IMG/VR virus record: IMGVR_UViG_3300035208_005226
Span: 1-64,000 of that record
Length of the DNA: 64,000 bases
Strand: one strand, 5' to 3'
DNA from: a virus
Lineage: Duplodnaviria > Caudoviricetes
Made by a program: the position numbers and the translations under genes. Below, one piece after another: positions 39,714-50,271 of the stretch; within the stretch, counting starts at the first letter, position 1; each line of letters begins with the position of its first letter. Below the pieces are notes generated by a model. The model was not told where the DNA came from. It saw only the letters and a program-made list of their open reading frames with translations, and made no database searches.

Positions 39714-40358
39714 ATGACGTTCAAATACGGCAATAGTTACATGGGGATAACTGACGTGTCTATTGAGACCAGAGCGAGAGAACCATGGACTTTGAAGTTT
39801 GGTGGTGCAATTAGACCGGAGTTTATGGAGTTATTGCGGAATGAATTAATTCCGGACGGTGTCCATCCTGCATATTCTGTGAGTAGATTTCATGTTCCTA
39901 AAGGTAGATTTTCAAGTATATTTATGGATTTTATTCCCCAAAATTATGCGACTTTTTACCTAGAGAGGGAAATATTAGATCAAAACCTTATACTATTAGG
40001 CAAAAGTATTGATTTTCCAAGAGATCATGTCATGCCAGTTCTTGCTCCAGGATATTATACTTCTGTCGTTATAAATGGCAACAAATGTGAGGCAAAACAC
40101 ATGTCAATATTATTTGATCAGATCGGCAACATTGGCGCTGATGCCATTGCAACGATGGGAACAATCTGTATTACTGGGGGCGACCTTGTGGAATTTGACG
40201 GAGAGATCCCCTTAACCATAGACCTAAAATTTGTAGACAATTCGCGTTCCAACATTGCATTTGTGGTATCCAAACGGAACAAATATACCACCGGTGGCGT
40301 AATATCCCGAATTGTGTATAATATTGTCAGGATTGAAAACATTTCGCGTGTAGTTTAA
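39714..40358 (+). CDS. Hypothetical protein, first gene of the late block
   Basis: 214-aa ORF. Confidence 0.6.
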   Translation: MTFKYGNSYMGITDVSIETRAREPWTLKFGGAIRPEFMELLRNELIPDGVHPAYSVSRFHVPKGRFSSIFMDFIPQNYATFYLEREILDQNLILLGKSIDFPRDHVMPVLAPGYYTSVVINGNKCEAKHMSILFDQIGNIGADAIATMGTICITGGDLVEFDGEIPLTIDLKFVDNSRSNIAFVVSKRNKYTTGGVISRIVYNIVRIENISRVV

Positions 40359-40527
40359 ATCAATTATCTGCAATTATCTGCAAAGTTTGCAGGTTGCTTA
40401 TTTTTTATCCCGATACAACATTTGTCAATATTGCATGGTAATGGTTTTCTTTGTAAGCGAAATCATTCATGAGACTCCCAATGTATTTTGGCAGTTGCGT
40501 GGTGTGTCGGGTTGCGTTATTTAAACA

Positions 40528-41064
40528 TTGAACCACAAATACTGTCTCATGCCATATGATGAGAACTGTCCATTGTGTCGAAGTCCTATCCAGGCGGATG
40601 CATGGAGCAGGCTTATTTTATCGAATGAAAAGTCTTCTATGGAGTGTGCTAAAGAATTTGACATATCTGTGGAAGAAGTAAATGAACACATATACAAACA
40701 TTCATCTGGATTGGATGCCGACGGCGACCCTAATACACCAGAACATCTAAAGAATAAGCTGCTTAGATTTTCTCATATTTGTGAGATCTGGATGGATGAA
40801 ATGATAGTGAGTAAGGAACTAGATCCGTCGAAGTTAGACAAGGTGCTTAAACTGATGGATGTAATTGAGAAGCAACTGGTGTCCAGGGCACAAATAGCAG
40901 GCATAATTAAGAAAGATGCTCCACAAATACAGATAACAAATGTCCAAAATAATATTGATAATTTGACTAATGTTATTATGATGAAATTATGTCCGGAATG
41001 CAAGAAAATTGCAATTGCTGAAATGGAAGGGTTTGTATACGGAGAACAGAAACTTCTGGCGTGA
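40528..41064 (+). CDS. Putative terminase small subunit
   Basis: HTH-like CAKEFDISVEEVNEHIYKH plus helical oligomerisation region; directly upstream of TerL. Confidence 0.55.
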   Translation: MNHKYCLMPYDENCPLCRSPIQADAWSRLILSNEKSSMECAKEFDISVEEVNEHIYKHSSGLDADGDPNTPEHLKNKLLRFSHICEIWMDEMIVSKELDPSKLDKVLKLMDVIEKQLVSRAQIAGIIKKDAPQIQITNVQNNIDNLTNVIMMKLCPECKKIAIAEMEGFVYGEQKLLA

Positions 41065-41070
41065 TAGGTC

Positions 41071-42615
41071 TTGACAAAATCCAAAAAAGAGTTTAATGAG
41101 TTTAAGATAAAGCCCGGGGAGACTTTAGACGGGAAAGATCTGATCCGGTTTAAGTTGGATTTGATTAAGGGGAAATCAGATCCGGTTTGGGCGGTCCAAA
41201 ATATTTTGGGATTTGGAGATCTGTTCCCCTGGCAGGAAGAATACCTGAGATTGTTTTACCGGAATATTTATGATGCCAGTTTAATGCCGATAAGAGATGC
41301 ATATCTATCAGCGGGCCAGCGTAGTGGAAAAACTATGTGGGCTGCAATGATTGGGTCATATGACTTTTTTAACGTGGTGACTATTCCAGAACCACAAAAG
41401 TTCTTCGGGGTTAAAAATTCACAGAAGCTTTTTGCCACCTGCATGAGTACCAGCGGGAAGCTTGCGGAGGATGGAATTTATGCGCACATGCTAAATGCCA
41501 TTGAAGCAAGCGAATGGATGAATCAGTGGTTTGACATAAGATCTGTGACCTCTCCTATACCCCAAATCAGTGTTGATGATAAACAAGTGTATGCCCAGGT
41601 ATTAGGTTCCTGGATGAATACAGCAGTTGGCAGGACCAACTTCTGCGTATTGCTGGACGAAATAGATTATTTTGAGGAATCTACTTCTAAACGGTCTGGA
41701 ATGGAGGTATATTCCAGGATGACAAAATCCAGGGACACCTTAAGAGAATGGGGGCATCTGGTTGCAATTTCGTCTCCAAAGTCTATATCCGGTCCAATTT
41801 TGTCATTGGTAAGAGTAGCACAAAAACGTATTGAGGAATTTGGCATAAATGGAACCGACACAATTGGATTTAATAAGCCCGTATGGGAACTAAATCCAGA
41901 TCCGTTCTTTTCATTCCCGGAATTATGTAAGCGATATGCCCATGATATGATTGCGATGTGGAGAGACTTTGGATGCAAACCCGAAATGGCAGGTGGCATG
42001 CAGTTTCCTGAAGGCATATTCATGGATGAGACCCTGACTAACATATTAAAGGAAAAGGTCCGTCCGAAGTTTCAATACCCCCATGTCATGTACATAGATC
42101 CGGCTGCAAGATCAGATAAATTTGGGATATCCGTTGGCTGTAGGGTGCCATTTAAAGGAATGGTGGTAGACGGCACAACATATTTTAAGAAGAAAACGGG
42201 CGACCCGTTTATCATGCCGTCTGATGTCTGGGACTTTATAAATGAAGCAATCCCAAGATGTAATGTCCGATACTTTTGCTTTGATACCTGGATGTTCACT
42301 GAAATCCTGGAGCGAGTCTGGAAAAAGCATGGAATTAAGCCAGAACAGCATTTCGTGACTAAATCCGATTATGATACCTGGAGGTCCTATCAAAGCCCTA
42401 ACGCACCACACCCGATGCGATTGTGCTACGATAAAGAACTAAAGGACGAAGCCGATCAGCTCATAGTTAAGGAAGGCAAACGCGGACATGTGGTAGATCA
42501 TGCCTGGAACCAGTATAAAGATCAGTCGGATACTGTGGCAGGCGTCTGCTGGTTCCTAACGAATTTTGAGGTCGAATCAACTGTAGTGCCGTATATCGGG
42601 CTTCAAATAATTTAA
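41071..42615 (+). CDS. terL: Terminase large subunit
   Basis: FPWQ, Walker A AGQRSGKT, Walker B VLLDEID, RNase H-like nuclease YIDPA...D and DQSDTVA. Confidence 0.9.
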   Translation: MTKSKKEFNEFKIKPGETLDGKDLIRFKLDLIKGKSDPVWAVQNILGFGDLFPWQEEYLRLFYRNIYDASLMPIRDAYLSAGQRSGKTMWAAMIGSYDFFNVVTIPEPQKFFGVKNSQKLFATCMSTSGKLAEDGIYAHMLNAIEASEWMNQWFDIRSVTSPIPQISVDDKQVYAQVLGSWMNTAVGRTNFCVLLDEIDYFEESTSKRSGMEVYSRMTKSRDTLREWGHLVAISSPKSISGPILSLVRVAQKRIEEFGINGTDTIGFNKPVWELNPDPFFSFPELCKRYAHDMIAMWRDFGCKPEMAGGMQFPEGIFMDETLTNILKEKVRPKFQYPHVMYIDPAARSDKFGISVGCRVPFKGMVVDGTTYFKKKTGDPFIMPSDVWDFINEAIPRCNVRYFCFDTWMFTEILERVWKKHGIKPEQHFVTKSDYDTWRSYQSPNAPHPMRLCYDKELKDEADQLIVKEGKRGHVVDHAWNQYKDQSDTVAGVCWFLTNFEVESTVVPYIGLQII

Positions 42616-42939
42616 AAGAGATTGACAGGGGACCACTCTTATAGACCCTGTCTATACAGAGTAAGTTGGGTTGATATTTAAGTTGATTGATTTGAATCCT
42701 GGAGCAACTTGTGTCTTGAATGTAGATTCGCCGCGAATCATTAGGTAATAAGAATAGAACACAAATCAACCACTAATTGCGCAAATGATCTTGCTTAAAC
42801 AGAAGAAAGGAAATTGATTTCTCCTGCTTGGTTTGTTTGTGGAAATAAGTATAAGATGTCTTGTAACTTAAGGGTTGCTAAATTATCTCAACGGTTACGA
42901 TTGTGCTCCAACATCTATATCAGTTCTTGTGTTTAATAT

Positions 42940-44430
42940 TTGGATATGGGACTGATTAAACATATACGAGAGGTGTTTTCGGGATTTGCAAGGGTTAGAC
43001 AGGCACCTGGTGGAAGTGTGGGTGCCAGAATGCAATCCAATTCTTTTGTAAATTTTGTAATTAATTTGTTTTCTGATTGGGATACGAAACAAGAAGAAGA
43101 AATTTTCCAGGATATGTATTGCTATGATGATGCTGTAGGAGGTGGGATAGATAGAGTTTCCACGATGTGTGGACAGGCATTTATAGGGTTTGAAGCATGT
43201 TCGAATGAAGAAATGTTTACTGATGGACCTCCACCGGATAAGAAAAAGTTAGATGAGATGGTTAGAAGAGCAAATTATCTCAAAATTAAGAATGATTTGT
43301 CTTCGGTTGCAGCTACATACGGTGGGGTGCTGTCGATGTATGGATTACTGGTGCTTCACGAAGATCCAGGAACGTATGATATCGATATTTTGCCAAATAG
43401 TTTAATTACGTTTCTTGATTATGAAAGCAGAATAACAACTCCTCCTACCGATATAAAGAAACAGGTTATTACAAAGGCAAATATAGTTTGTGTCAATGAA
43501 CCGGTGCCAGACTTAATGGACAAATATCCGGTGTCTGAATGCTATATTGTTAAGATGCGGGATATTCCGTTATGGGCAAAAGATAGATTATGCAGGCTGA
43601 CATATGGATTGTATCCGGTTAGTCCATTGCAGCGTGCTATTATTCCAGTTTGGCAAAAATCAATTATTATTGCCATTGATGCAATGTGGAGATGGGCAAA
43701 TGTTCCCAGGGATCACCATAAGTTGAATTCTGAGATGTTTAGCCTGGATAAATTTCCTGGGTCTGATATGGACAGCGTTGTGGATCAGTCGATAAAGGCA
43801 GCAGATAAGGTTATAAAAGCATATGCTGCTGAAGTTAGTGCAAAGGCACCTGATCAGGGATATGTTACATTAGATACAGTGACTATTGAGCCGTTGGAGC
43901 ATGCAAACGCCGGATATATGGCACCAAATGATTTGTTGACACAGATCTCTGATCAGGTATGGGGTGCAATTGCGATACCTAAGAGCATTGTTACTGGGGT
44001 TTCCGGCAATAGTTATGCTAGTGAGCTTACCATTGCAAACTACACCAACACTATGATTTTGCATTTGGCTGGAAGGGCAACAATACCAATACTGGAAAAT
44101 ATGAAAAAAAGGCTTCAGGCATATAACAAAGGGTATCCTGTTGATTATTTAAAGGTTAAATTGGAGTTTAAGCTTGCTACAACTGAGTTGGATGAGATTA
44201 AGAGAGGTGCTGCAATGGCATCTACAAATTGTTATACGATCGATGAATGTAGGAATGAGACCGGACATTCACATTTAGATCCAAAGGATTATGATAAGAT
44301 GCCTGGTGCTGTAAATGCGGCAAGTAGTATGAAGAATGAGATGAACTATCCGGATACACCACAGAGTGCAAATCAGAGACCTACTGTTGCAGGTATGAGC
44401 AAGGCTGAAAAGTCTGTCAGCGCAACGTAA
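42940..44430 (+). CDS. Portal protein
   Basis: About 490 aa directly after TerL; YGLYPVSPL and YTIDECRNETG motifs typical of portals. Start uncertain. Confidence 0.75.
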   Translation: MDMGLIKHIREVFSGFARVRQAPGGSVGARMQSNSFVNFVINLFSDWDTKQEEEIFQDMYCYDDAVGGGIDRVSTMCGQAFIGFEACSNEEMFTDGPPPDKKKLDEMVRRANYLKIKNDLSSVAATYGGVLSMYGLLVLHEDPGTYDIDILPNSLITFLDYESRITTPPTDIKKQVITKANIVCVNEPVPDLMDKYPVSECYIVKMRDIPLWAKDRLCRLTYGLYPVSPLQRAIIPVWQKSIIIAIDAMWRWANVPRDHHKLNSEMFSLDKFPGSDMDSVVDQSIKAADKVIKAYAAEVSAKAPDQGYVTLDTVTIEPLEHANAGYMAPNDLLTQISDQVWGAIAIPKSIVTGVSGNSYASELTIANYTNTMILHLAGRATIPILENMKKRLQAYNKGYPVDYLKVKLEFKLATTELDEIKRGAAMASTNCYTIDECRNETGHSHLDPKDYDKMPGAVNAASSMKNEMNYPDTPQSANQRPTVAGMSKAEKSVSAT

Positions 44431-44472
44431 TTACCCATTTCTTTTTTATCATGGAAATTTCATAGCCTAATT

Positions 44473-45579
44473 ATGGTATTCCAGTGGAAACAGGAAGACG
44501 TTTTGCTTTCTGAAGGCGATGTTGTCAAAGCTGGTACTTGGCACGGAAACAATGTCGTTGATAATAAGCCATATGTCTCTACTTTCACTAATTCTGATGT
44601 AAGGAAGATCTATGACAGAATTCCAAAGGGATTAATTCCGATTTATGTAGATCTGCATGGCAGGAGAGGAGATCGGAGTGAACCCGATGGATATGCAATG
44701 AGCTTTGGAATATCAGAAGACAGCAGTAAAATTGCCCATAAAGGATTTGTGTATAATTTGGATGCGCAAAAGGCAATTGTAAGCGGGGATAACGAGTGCT
44801 CTCCAGAATTTAGTACATTAATTGATTCAAAAGGAAATGCTGATAGAACTCTTACTGCACTTTGTTATATTCCCAATTCTGCGATGAAAAATGATGTGAA
44901 TTTTATGTTCGAAAAATTTGAAGAAGCTCCAGAAAAAGGGGCAGACAAGACAGATGGAAATGCTGGAAATATTTCCGGACAAGATCAGAAAAAGGAGTCT
45001 GGAAATGATGCTAAGGATAAGTTTGCCGGGTTGTTCGACGGGGGAAAGAAGGCAGAACAAGCACCGGTAGAGGTAGATTATAATAAGATTGTTAGTATGA
45101 CAATAGATGCATTAAAGCCGTTTCTTACCGCTGGAGGGAATACTACTCCTGGTGTTTCTGATGGTGGTAAGAAGGAGGAATCTAAAGGCGGTGATAATGT
45201 AGATAAGAAGACTATAAAGCAAGATGGGGGTTCTGATCCGGGAGTAGATGCTTTAAAAAGCAGACTTGATGAACAGGGCGCCATGCTTGATGGTATGATG
45301 GACGAAAAGATCGAGGCCCTTGTAAATCAGATTAAAGGGTTTGGTGTGTCCGATCCAATGTCATTGATTCCGGCTGGAGCTTCGAAGAAGGGCACTATTG
45401 AGTTTCTGACCAAAACAAAGGATCTTAGACTGGATTTGATCAAGTTAAACGGTGTTCCACAGAATCTTGGTGGTGGTGAATCTTCGAAAGCTTCTAGGAT
45501 GGAATTTGAGAAAACTATGACAGAACTTGGGTTTGGAGACAAACATTATACGGAAATGTTTCCGGAAATGTATCAGTGA
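44473..45579 (+). CDS. Prohead protease-scaffold fusion
   Basis: KAGTWHG, PIYVDLHG, CSPEF, LTALCYIPNSAM N-domain followed by a low-complexity charged scaffold region. Confidence 0.6.
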   Translation: MVFQWKQEDVLLSEGDVVKAGTWHGNNVVDNKPYVSTFTNSDVRKIYDRIPKGLIPIYVDLHGRRGDRSEPDGYAMSFGISEDSSKIAHKGFVYNLDAQKAIVSGDNECSPEFSTLIDSKGNADRTLTALCYIPNSAMKNDVNFMFEKFEEAPEKGADKTDGNAGNISGQDQKKESGNDAKDKFAGLFDGGKKAEQAPVEVDYNKIVSMTIDALKPFLTAGGNTTPGVSDGGKKEESKGGDNVDKKTIKQDGGSDPGVDALKSRLDEQGAMLDGMMDEKIEALVNQIKGFGVSDPMSLIPAGASKKGTIEFLTKTKDLRLDLIKLNGVPQNLGGGESSKASRMEFEKTMTELGFGDKHYTEMFPEMYQ

Positions 45580-45590
45580 GGTTGTAAATT

Positions 45591-46115
45591 ATGGTGATGC
45601 CAATAAGCAACGATCAGCAGATCAGTACTGGTGGAACTCTGCAAGATGCTCCAAGGAGGATGTATTTTGTAGACTCTGCTGTGTATTGGCCTGGAACAGC
45701 AGTGACGTTTAAAACAAGCGAGGTTGATGAAAACGGAGATCCTTATGTGACACTTGCAGATAAAAATGATGTGCCTGTGGGGTTTGCATATCTGTCTACG
45801 GTAGATCCGAGGATACCATATGAATATCAGACTTCGAGTAGTTATCAGAGCGATGTCCCATGTTCTGTAAATAGATATGAAAGAGGGCAGAGAATATCAG
45901 TTCCGCTTTGTGCCGGACATGCAGCAATTGCGATAGGAGAAAAAGTTGCAATTTATGCAAACGGTGAGCATGATAAACTGTCTGCTGTTTCTGGTGCAAC
46001 CTGGTCTATTGGGTATGCATTGAGGGCGATTGATGCAAACACTGATAGCTTGGGGACTGCTGGACTTGATGCTGACTTTATGCTTATCTGGGTTGATGTC
46101 CAGAAGGAGAGCTAA
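45591..46115 (+). CDS. Head decoration / capsid cement protein
   Basis: Size and position between scaffold and MCP; AIAIGEKV...GYALRA pattern. Confidence 0.5.
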   Translation: MVMPISNDQQISTGGTLQDAPRRMYFVDSAVYWPGTAVTFKTSEVDENGDPYVTLADKNDVPVGFAYLSTVDPRIPYEYQTSSSYQSDVPCSVNRYERGQRISVPLCAGHAAIAIGEKVAIYANGEHDKLSAVSGATWSIGYALRAIDANTDSLGTAGLDADFMLIWVDVQKES

Positions 46116-46117
46116 TT

Positions 46118-47023
46118 ATGGTGCTTAAATTTGGTGCGTTAACTTCTGATAAGGACGCAATGAAAAAAGACATTGTTAAGCGGATTTTATATACCGAAGC
46201 TGAAACAATGCTTGAAATGGGCAGAGCTGTTGTAGTTCAGGGAATAGATCAGCTGAGTTATGGGATGACATTTCCCACGGTTGAGAGGCTTGATCCTCAA
46301 CAGGTAACAGAAGGAACAATTGCTGATTACCAGAAACTTAGCTGGGCAGAGTTTTATGGGAGCATGAAAAAGTTCCAGGATATCATTCTGACGACTGATG
46401 AAGCAAATGCCAGAAACCAGATGAATATCCAGATGCCATATACCATGACTGCAATTGCAAGAGGTCTGGCATGGGCAAAAGATAAGGAGATAAAGACCGT
46501 TGTAAAAGCTGCTGCTGGAAAGACGGTTAGTGTGTCTGCTTATTGGGATGACCCGGTTTCGAGCAACTTGCCTAAGGATATTGCTGAAGCTATGGCATTT
46601 GCTCTTTCGACTACCTATATGAATGTGGTTGATTTAAAAGGTGGAATATTGTTTTATCCTGCTGAGCTTTGGGCATTTATGAATCAGCCTGCAAGACCAA
46701 ACGAATATACCATGCTTGGTATGAGTCCTATTGAATGGGTTCAGCAGAAATATGGAGTCACATTTATTCCAACCAGGCAACTTGACGCAGAAGCAATGTT
46801 GGTATTTCCAGGACAGTGGACTGCACTTCATATGATATATATGGGTGGAGATATTCCGCTTGTTGAGTATGCAAGAGAGTACGGAACCGGTAACAAGTTC
46901 TATGTAACTCAGATGTACTCGACTCTTGCTATGCCGAATAGCACTACTGATAGACTTAAGAATAACCGGATTATTTTGTTAAGTGGCGTATGTCAGACTA
47001 GAGCTACAAGAGCATCTAGTTAA
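46118..47023 (+). CDS. Major capsid protein (HK97 fold)
   Basis: 301 aa in canonical position; VTEG E-loop-like segment, spine helix MTAIARGLAWAKDKEI. Confidence 0.75.
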   Translation: MVLKFGALTSDKDAMKKDIVKRILYTEAETMLEMGRAVVVQGIDQLSYGMTFPTVERLDPQQVTEGTIADYQKLSWAEFYGSMKKFQDIILTTDEANARNQMNIQMPYTMTAIARGLAWAKDKEIKTVVKAAAGKTVSVSAYWDDPVSSNLPKDIAEAMAFALSTTYMNVVDLKGGILFYPAELWAFMNQPARPNEYTMLGMSPIEWVQQKYGVTFIPTRQLDAEAMLVFPGQWTALHMIYMGGDIPLVEYAREYGTGNKFYVTQMYSTLAMPNSTTDRLKNNRIILLSGVCQTRATRASS

Positions 47024-47036
47024 GGAGGGATCCATT

Positions 47037-47447
47037 ATGGATCTCTCTATTATAGTCGATCGGGTTATTGATAATTTACATGGAATAACTCAGTCATATC
47101 TTGATGAAAAATTTGTAAGGAATGACGCCAGAAGAGCTTATTCATTTGTAAACTTTTATCTGCCTGCTGATTCTGATGCTACTGATGATCAGGTTTATGA
47201 TGCAGTTGAAGCATTAACTACGTTTTATTCATATGTTACATGGACAACATTGGTAGAACCAGAATTGGGATATTTACCTGCTGCAAACATGAACAAAGCA
47301 GCGATGTTGAGATCTACGGCAAAAGGTATGATTCAGATGTTGACGTCATTTCCGCTTACAGATGAGTTAACTATTGATATGAAAGTGATGTCTAAACGAA
47401 CGGTATGTTGTTTTGGACTCACAAAATCTGTTGCTGATCCGATATGA
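47037..47447 (+). CDS. Head-tail adaptor (putative)
   Basis: Position and helical composition. Confidence 0.5.
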   Translation: MDLSIIVDRVIDNLHGITQSYLDEKFVRNDARRAYSFVNFYLPADSDATDDQVYDAVEALTTFYSYVTWTTLVEPELGYLPAANMNKAAMLRSTAKGMIQMLTSFPLTDELTIDMKVMSKRTVCCFGLTKSVADPI

Positions 47448-48064
47448 CAGAAATACTTAAGGTGTATGAATATGGGAATCCGGGGTTATTGGGTAGCGTG
47501 GACTATGATGATTATAGATTGGCACTTTTAATGGCCGGAGATAATCTGATATTTTTTTGGAACAACCGGGTAAAATATTATTTTAGACGGAGTGAAAATC
47601 AAAGTCTGTTTAAGAAAGGATCTAAATTTAAGCTGGTGTCGCCATCTAAATCGTCTGTGCTTCAGAATGCATTGTTGAAGCCTACAATAAACGCTAGAAA
47701 TATGGGGATATTGGGGTTAAAAAATGTTGTGAAGAAAAATCCAAATGGGACTTCCGTTCAGCTTATTAAGGCGTTGTCTCATGGTGTTCCTGGAAGAGAT
47801 GGGATGCATTATGATCCATTTTCTGGGGTTATGGAAAAAGGTGGAAAATGGAAAGGATTTAGCGCGGAGTATTGGAGACGATGGGATACTGTATTTACGA
47901 ATAGGTGTAGGGAGGAGAGCGATAGGATTGCAGGGTATGTTGCGGATATAAAGGGAGCTGGTTATGAGGATAAGGAAGGACATGCATTTAGCAATTCTGG
48001 TGAGGTTGTTAAGGCATATCTGAATAGAGGAGTGGAAAGTACAAGATCACTTACACGGTTTTAA
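47444..48064 (+). CDS. Neck/tail-completion protein (putative)
   Basis: Position; basic composition. Confidence 0.4.
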   Translation: MTEILKVYEYGNPGLLGSVDYDDYRLALLMAGDNLIFFWNNRVKYYFRRSENQSLFKKGSKFKLVSPSKSSVLQNALLKPTINARNMGILGLKNVVKKNPNGTSVQLIKALSHGVPGRDGMHYDPFSGVMEKGGKWKGFSAEYWRRWDTVFTNRCREESDRIAGYVADIKGAGYEDKEGHAFSNSGEVVKAYLNRGVESTRSLTRF

Positions 48065-48066
48065 GT

Positions 48067-48447
48067 ATGGAAGAAAATGTTGACGAGTATAAGAGTTTGA
48101 TTGGAAAGTGTCTTAAGGACTTAGGATATAAGATATTTTATTCAAAGAAGGATAGTATGGCACCAAACGAGTGTGCCATATATTATACGGATGTAGATCT
48201 TGAACTTGAAACTACGGAGGACTATATTCAGTGGAACACACTGGTTATACAATGGGAGGAGAAAATAGATACAAATCTTAGGCTCCAGGTAAGGAGAATG
48301 GTGGAAAATGTTGAGAAGACCGTTAAGTTAAGCGGAGTGCTTCATGTATCTAGCTTTATGTTTGGGAAAGTAAAAATAATAGATTTAGGAACATCGTATA
48401 GATCCGTAATGACTGTATCGTTTAGGGAATTAGTAAGTCATGGGTGA
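48067..48447 (+). CDS. Tail terminator (putative)
   Basis: 126 aa immediately before the tail tube gene. Confidence 0.45.
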   Translation: MEENVDEYKSLIGKCLKDLGYKIFYSKKDSMAPNECAIYYTDVDLELETTEDYIQWNTLVIQWEEKIDTNLRLQVRRMVENVEKTVKLSGVLHVSSFMFGKVKIIDLGTSYRSVMTVSFRELVSHG

Positions 48448-48453
48448 AAATAA

Positions 48454-49479
48454 ATGACAGATAGATTGGTTGCAATTGCAATAAATTCTACTTCTGATTA
48501 TGGAGTAACCACCATCGGAACTGATATCGCCGGAACTTATTATAAGTTCAGGGGTAGTGCTGATACTGATGGGGTGAACAGGACTCCTATATCAGAAGAG
48601 AACATGGATACTATGGCACCGGGTGAAATAGACGGTGGTGGATATGCTGTTACCGGTAATATTGATGGAACACTTAGGACTGATCCTGGGACTCTTAATC
48701 TGATTAGTTGTTTCATGGGGGTTCAAGCTAGTGGAACAACCGCCGGTACTTATTATATGACGAATATCCCGCTTACCACATGCACGTTGCTTGTGTATGA
48801 TGAGCAGGCAAATGATAATGCCGGGGTTGCCACATATTATACCGGTGTCGGGATGACGTCCATGGAAATAAGCTGTAAGGTAGAAGATTACGCCAAGCTT
48901 AAGTTTGCATGGATTGGAAGACGGGCTATAACAGTTCATGGGGCATTATCGGCTGCACCAACGGAACCAACCTGGACAAGTTTTCCGATGTCAGTATATT
49001 ATAATGCAGTGTTGACATTTGGAGGAACTGTCTTACAGACCAAAGGAATTACTGTTAAGGCTGAGAGAAAATATGCTCAGGATTACAGGTTCTTGGGGTC
49101 ACAGTTTTTGCAGGGCTTGTATATTAACGGTATGAGCAACCTTTCAGGAACTATGGATATTGGAGCTGGTGAATGGGATCTCGTAAGTCAGATCATTAAT
49201 GGGTCCTCAATTGGCGGTGCTCTCGATTCAGGTCATACGGAGTTTGATGGTAGTCTGGCAAACACGATGGCCTCTGGAGAATTGAAGTTGAAGTTCTATA
49301 GGCCGGCTGGTAGCGGTGCGACAAATGGACTGCTTTTGACTGTTACGATAGCTAAATGTGTTGTTACTGATTTTAACCGGAGTGTCCAGAACCGGAATAT
49401 GTGGGAAAAGACCGTGAATTGGAAAGCTGCACTACCTACAAGTGCTGATTTCAGTATTACTGTGGCAGCAGTAACATAA
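48454..49479 (+). CDS. Major tail tube protein
   Basis: 341 aa, Thr/Gly-rich beta protein; YTGVGMTSMEISCKVEDYAKLKFAWIG. No sheath gene seen, so siphovirus-type. Confidence 0.75.
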   Translation: MTDRLVAIAINSTSDYGVTTIGTDIAGTYYKFRGSADTDGVNRTPISEENMDTMAPGEIDGGGYAVTGNIDGTLRTDPGTLNLISCFMGVQASGTTAGTYYMTNIPLTTCTLLVYDEQANDNAGVATYYTGVGMTSMEISCKVEDYAKLKFAWIGRRAITVHGALSAAPTEPTWTSFPMSVYYNAVLTFGGTVLQTKGITVKAERKYAQDYRFLGSQFLQGLYINGMSNLSGTMDIGAGEWDLVSQIINGSSIGGALDSGHTEFDGSLANTMASGELKLKFYRPAGSGATNGLLLTVTIAKCVVTDFNRSVQNRNMWEKTVNWKAALPTSADFSITVAAVT

Positions 49480-49526
49480 TTACTTTTTTTCGATATATTG
49501 ATATCCAGGTAATATCATTATATCTT

Positions 49527-50066
49527 ATGGGTTTTGATAAAGAATCTGGACAGATTATCGAATGCAAAGATAATATTATGAAGGTACTTATTCCATCCAC
49601 TGGAAACGTATATAAGATCCAGGAGCCTGTTGGGAATCTTGCACCTGATCATTTTATTTTGATGTCTAAAGGAGTTCCTATGGACATGCAGTTTGAGGAT
49701 GAGAGAGTTCCAAAATATGAATATCCCAGGGATGAAAACGGAGATATTATCGAAGGAGCAGAGAGAATTCCAGTATTTAAGACAAATGAAGATGGGACGT
49801 TTAAGATTGATGAAGATGGAGATCCCATTCCGGTGATGACAAAGGTTAGAACGCCTAGGTGGTCTGATGCAAACTGGAGAAATTTATTCGAGGCATTTAA
49901 AGCATGGTGCGAAAATATACTGAATAAACCGGGTGCCGTGGTTGTAGAAGGACTACCGTTTGATAAGATGCCTCCTGCTGACATGTTTGGGATTTTTATG
50001 GCGCTATACAACAGGTGTAATAGTGGCGTTACGCCCTTTCGGTTACTTGTCGGTGATGGCGTCTAA
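49527..50066 (+). CDS. Tail assembly chaperone (G-like)
   Basis: Position between tail tube and TMP genes. Confidence 0.6.
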   Translation: MGFDKESGQIIECKDNIMKVLIPSTGNVYKIQEPVGNLAPDHFILMSKGVPMDMQFEDERVPKYEYPRDENGDIIEGAERIPVFKTNEDGTFKIDEDGDPIPVMTKVRTPRWSDANWRNLFEAFKAWCENILNKPGAVVVEGLPFDKMPPADMFGIFMALYNRCNSGVTPFRLLVGDGV

Positions 50067-50253
50067 AGAGAAAGGACAAGAACAGAAACGAGTAAACAGT
50101 CTGATGGATAGCCTCAATGATATAGGTGAGCGATATCATATAAGGCCAACTTCTATTTTTGGATGGGACGATCCTAAAGATTGGTATAGGCGATTGTTGT
50201 TTGACCTCTACATAGTTAATAATACTAGGAAAGAATCAAATTCTAGTAATTAA
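50056..50253 (+). CDS. Second tail assembly chaperone segment (T-like)
   Basis: Overlapping +1-frame ORF, open from upstream of its ATG. Confidence 0.5.
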   Translation: MASKEKGQEQKRVNSLMDSLNDIGERYHIRPTSIFGWDDPKDWYRRLLFDLYIVNNTRKESNSSN

Positions 50254-50271
50254 TATTAGAGGTTTTATTTT

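Noticed and set aside
40340-40362. Tandem AATTATCTGC repeat before terS as a pac site
   Set aside because: Two 10-bp copies alone are insufficient evidence without terminus mapping.
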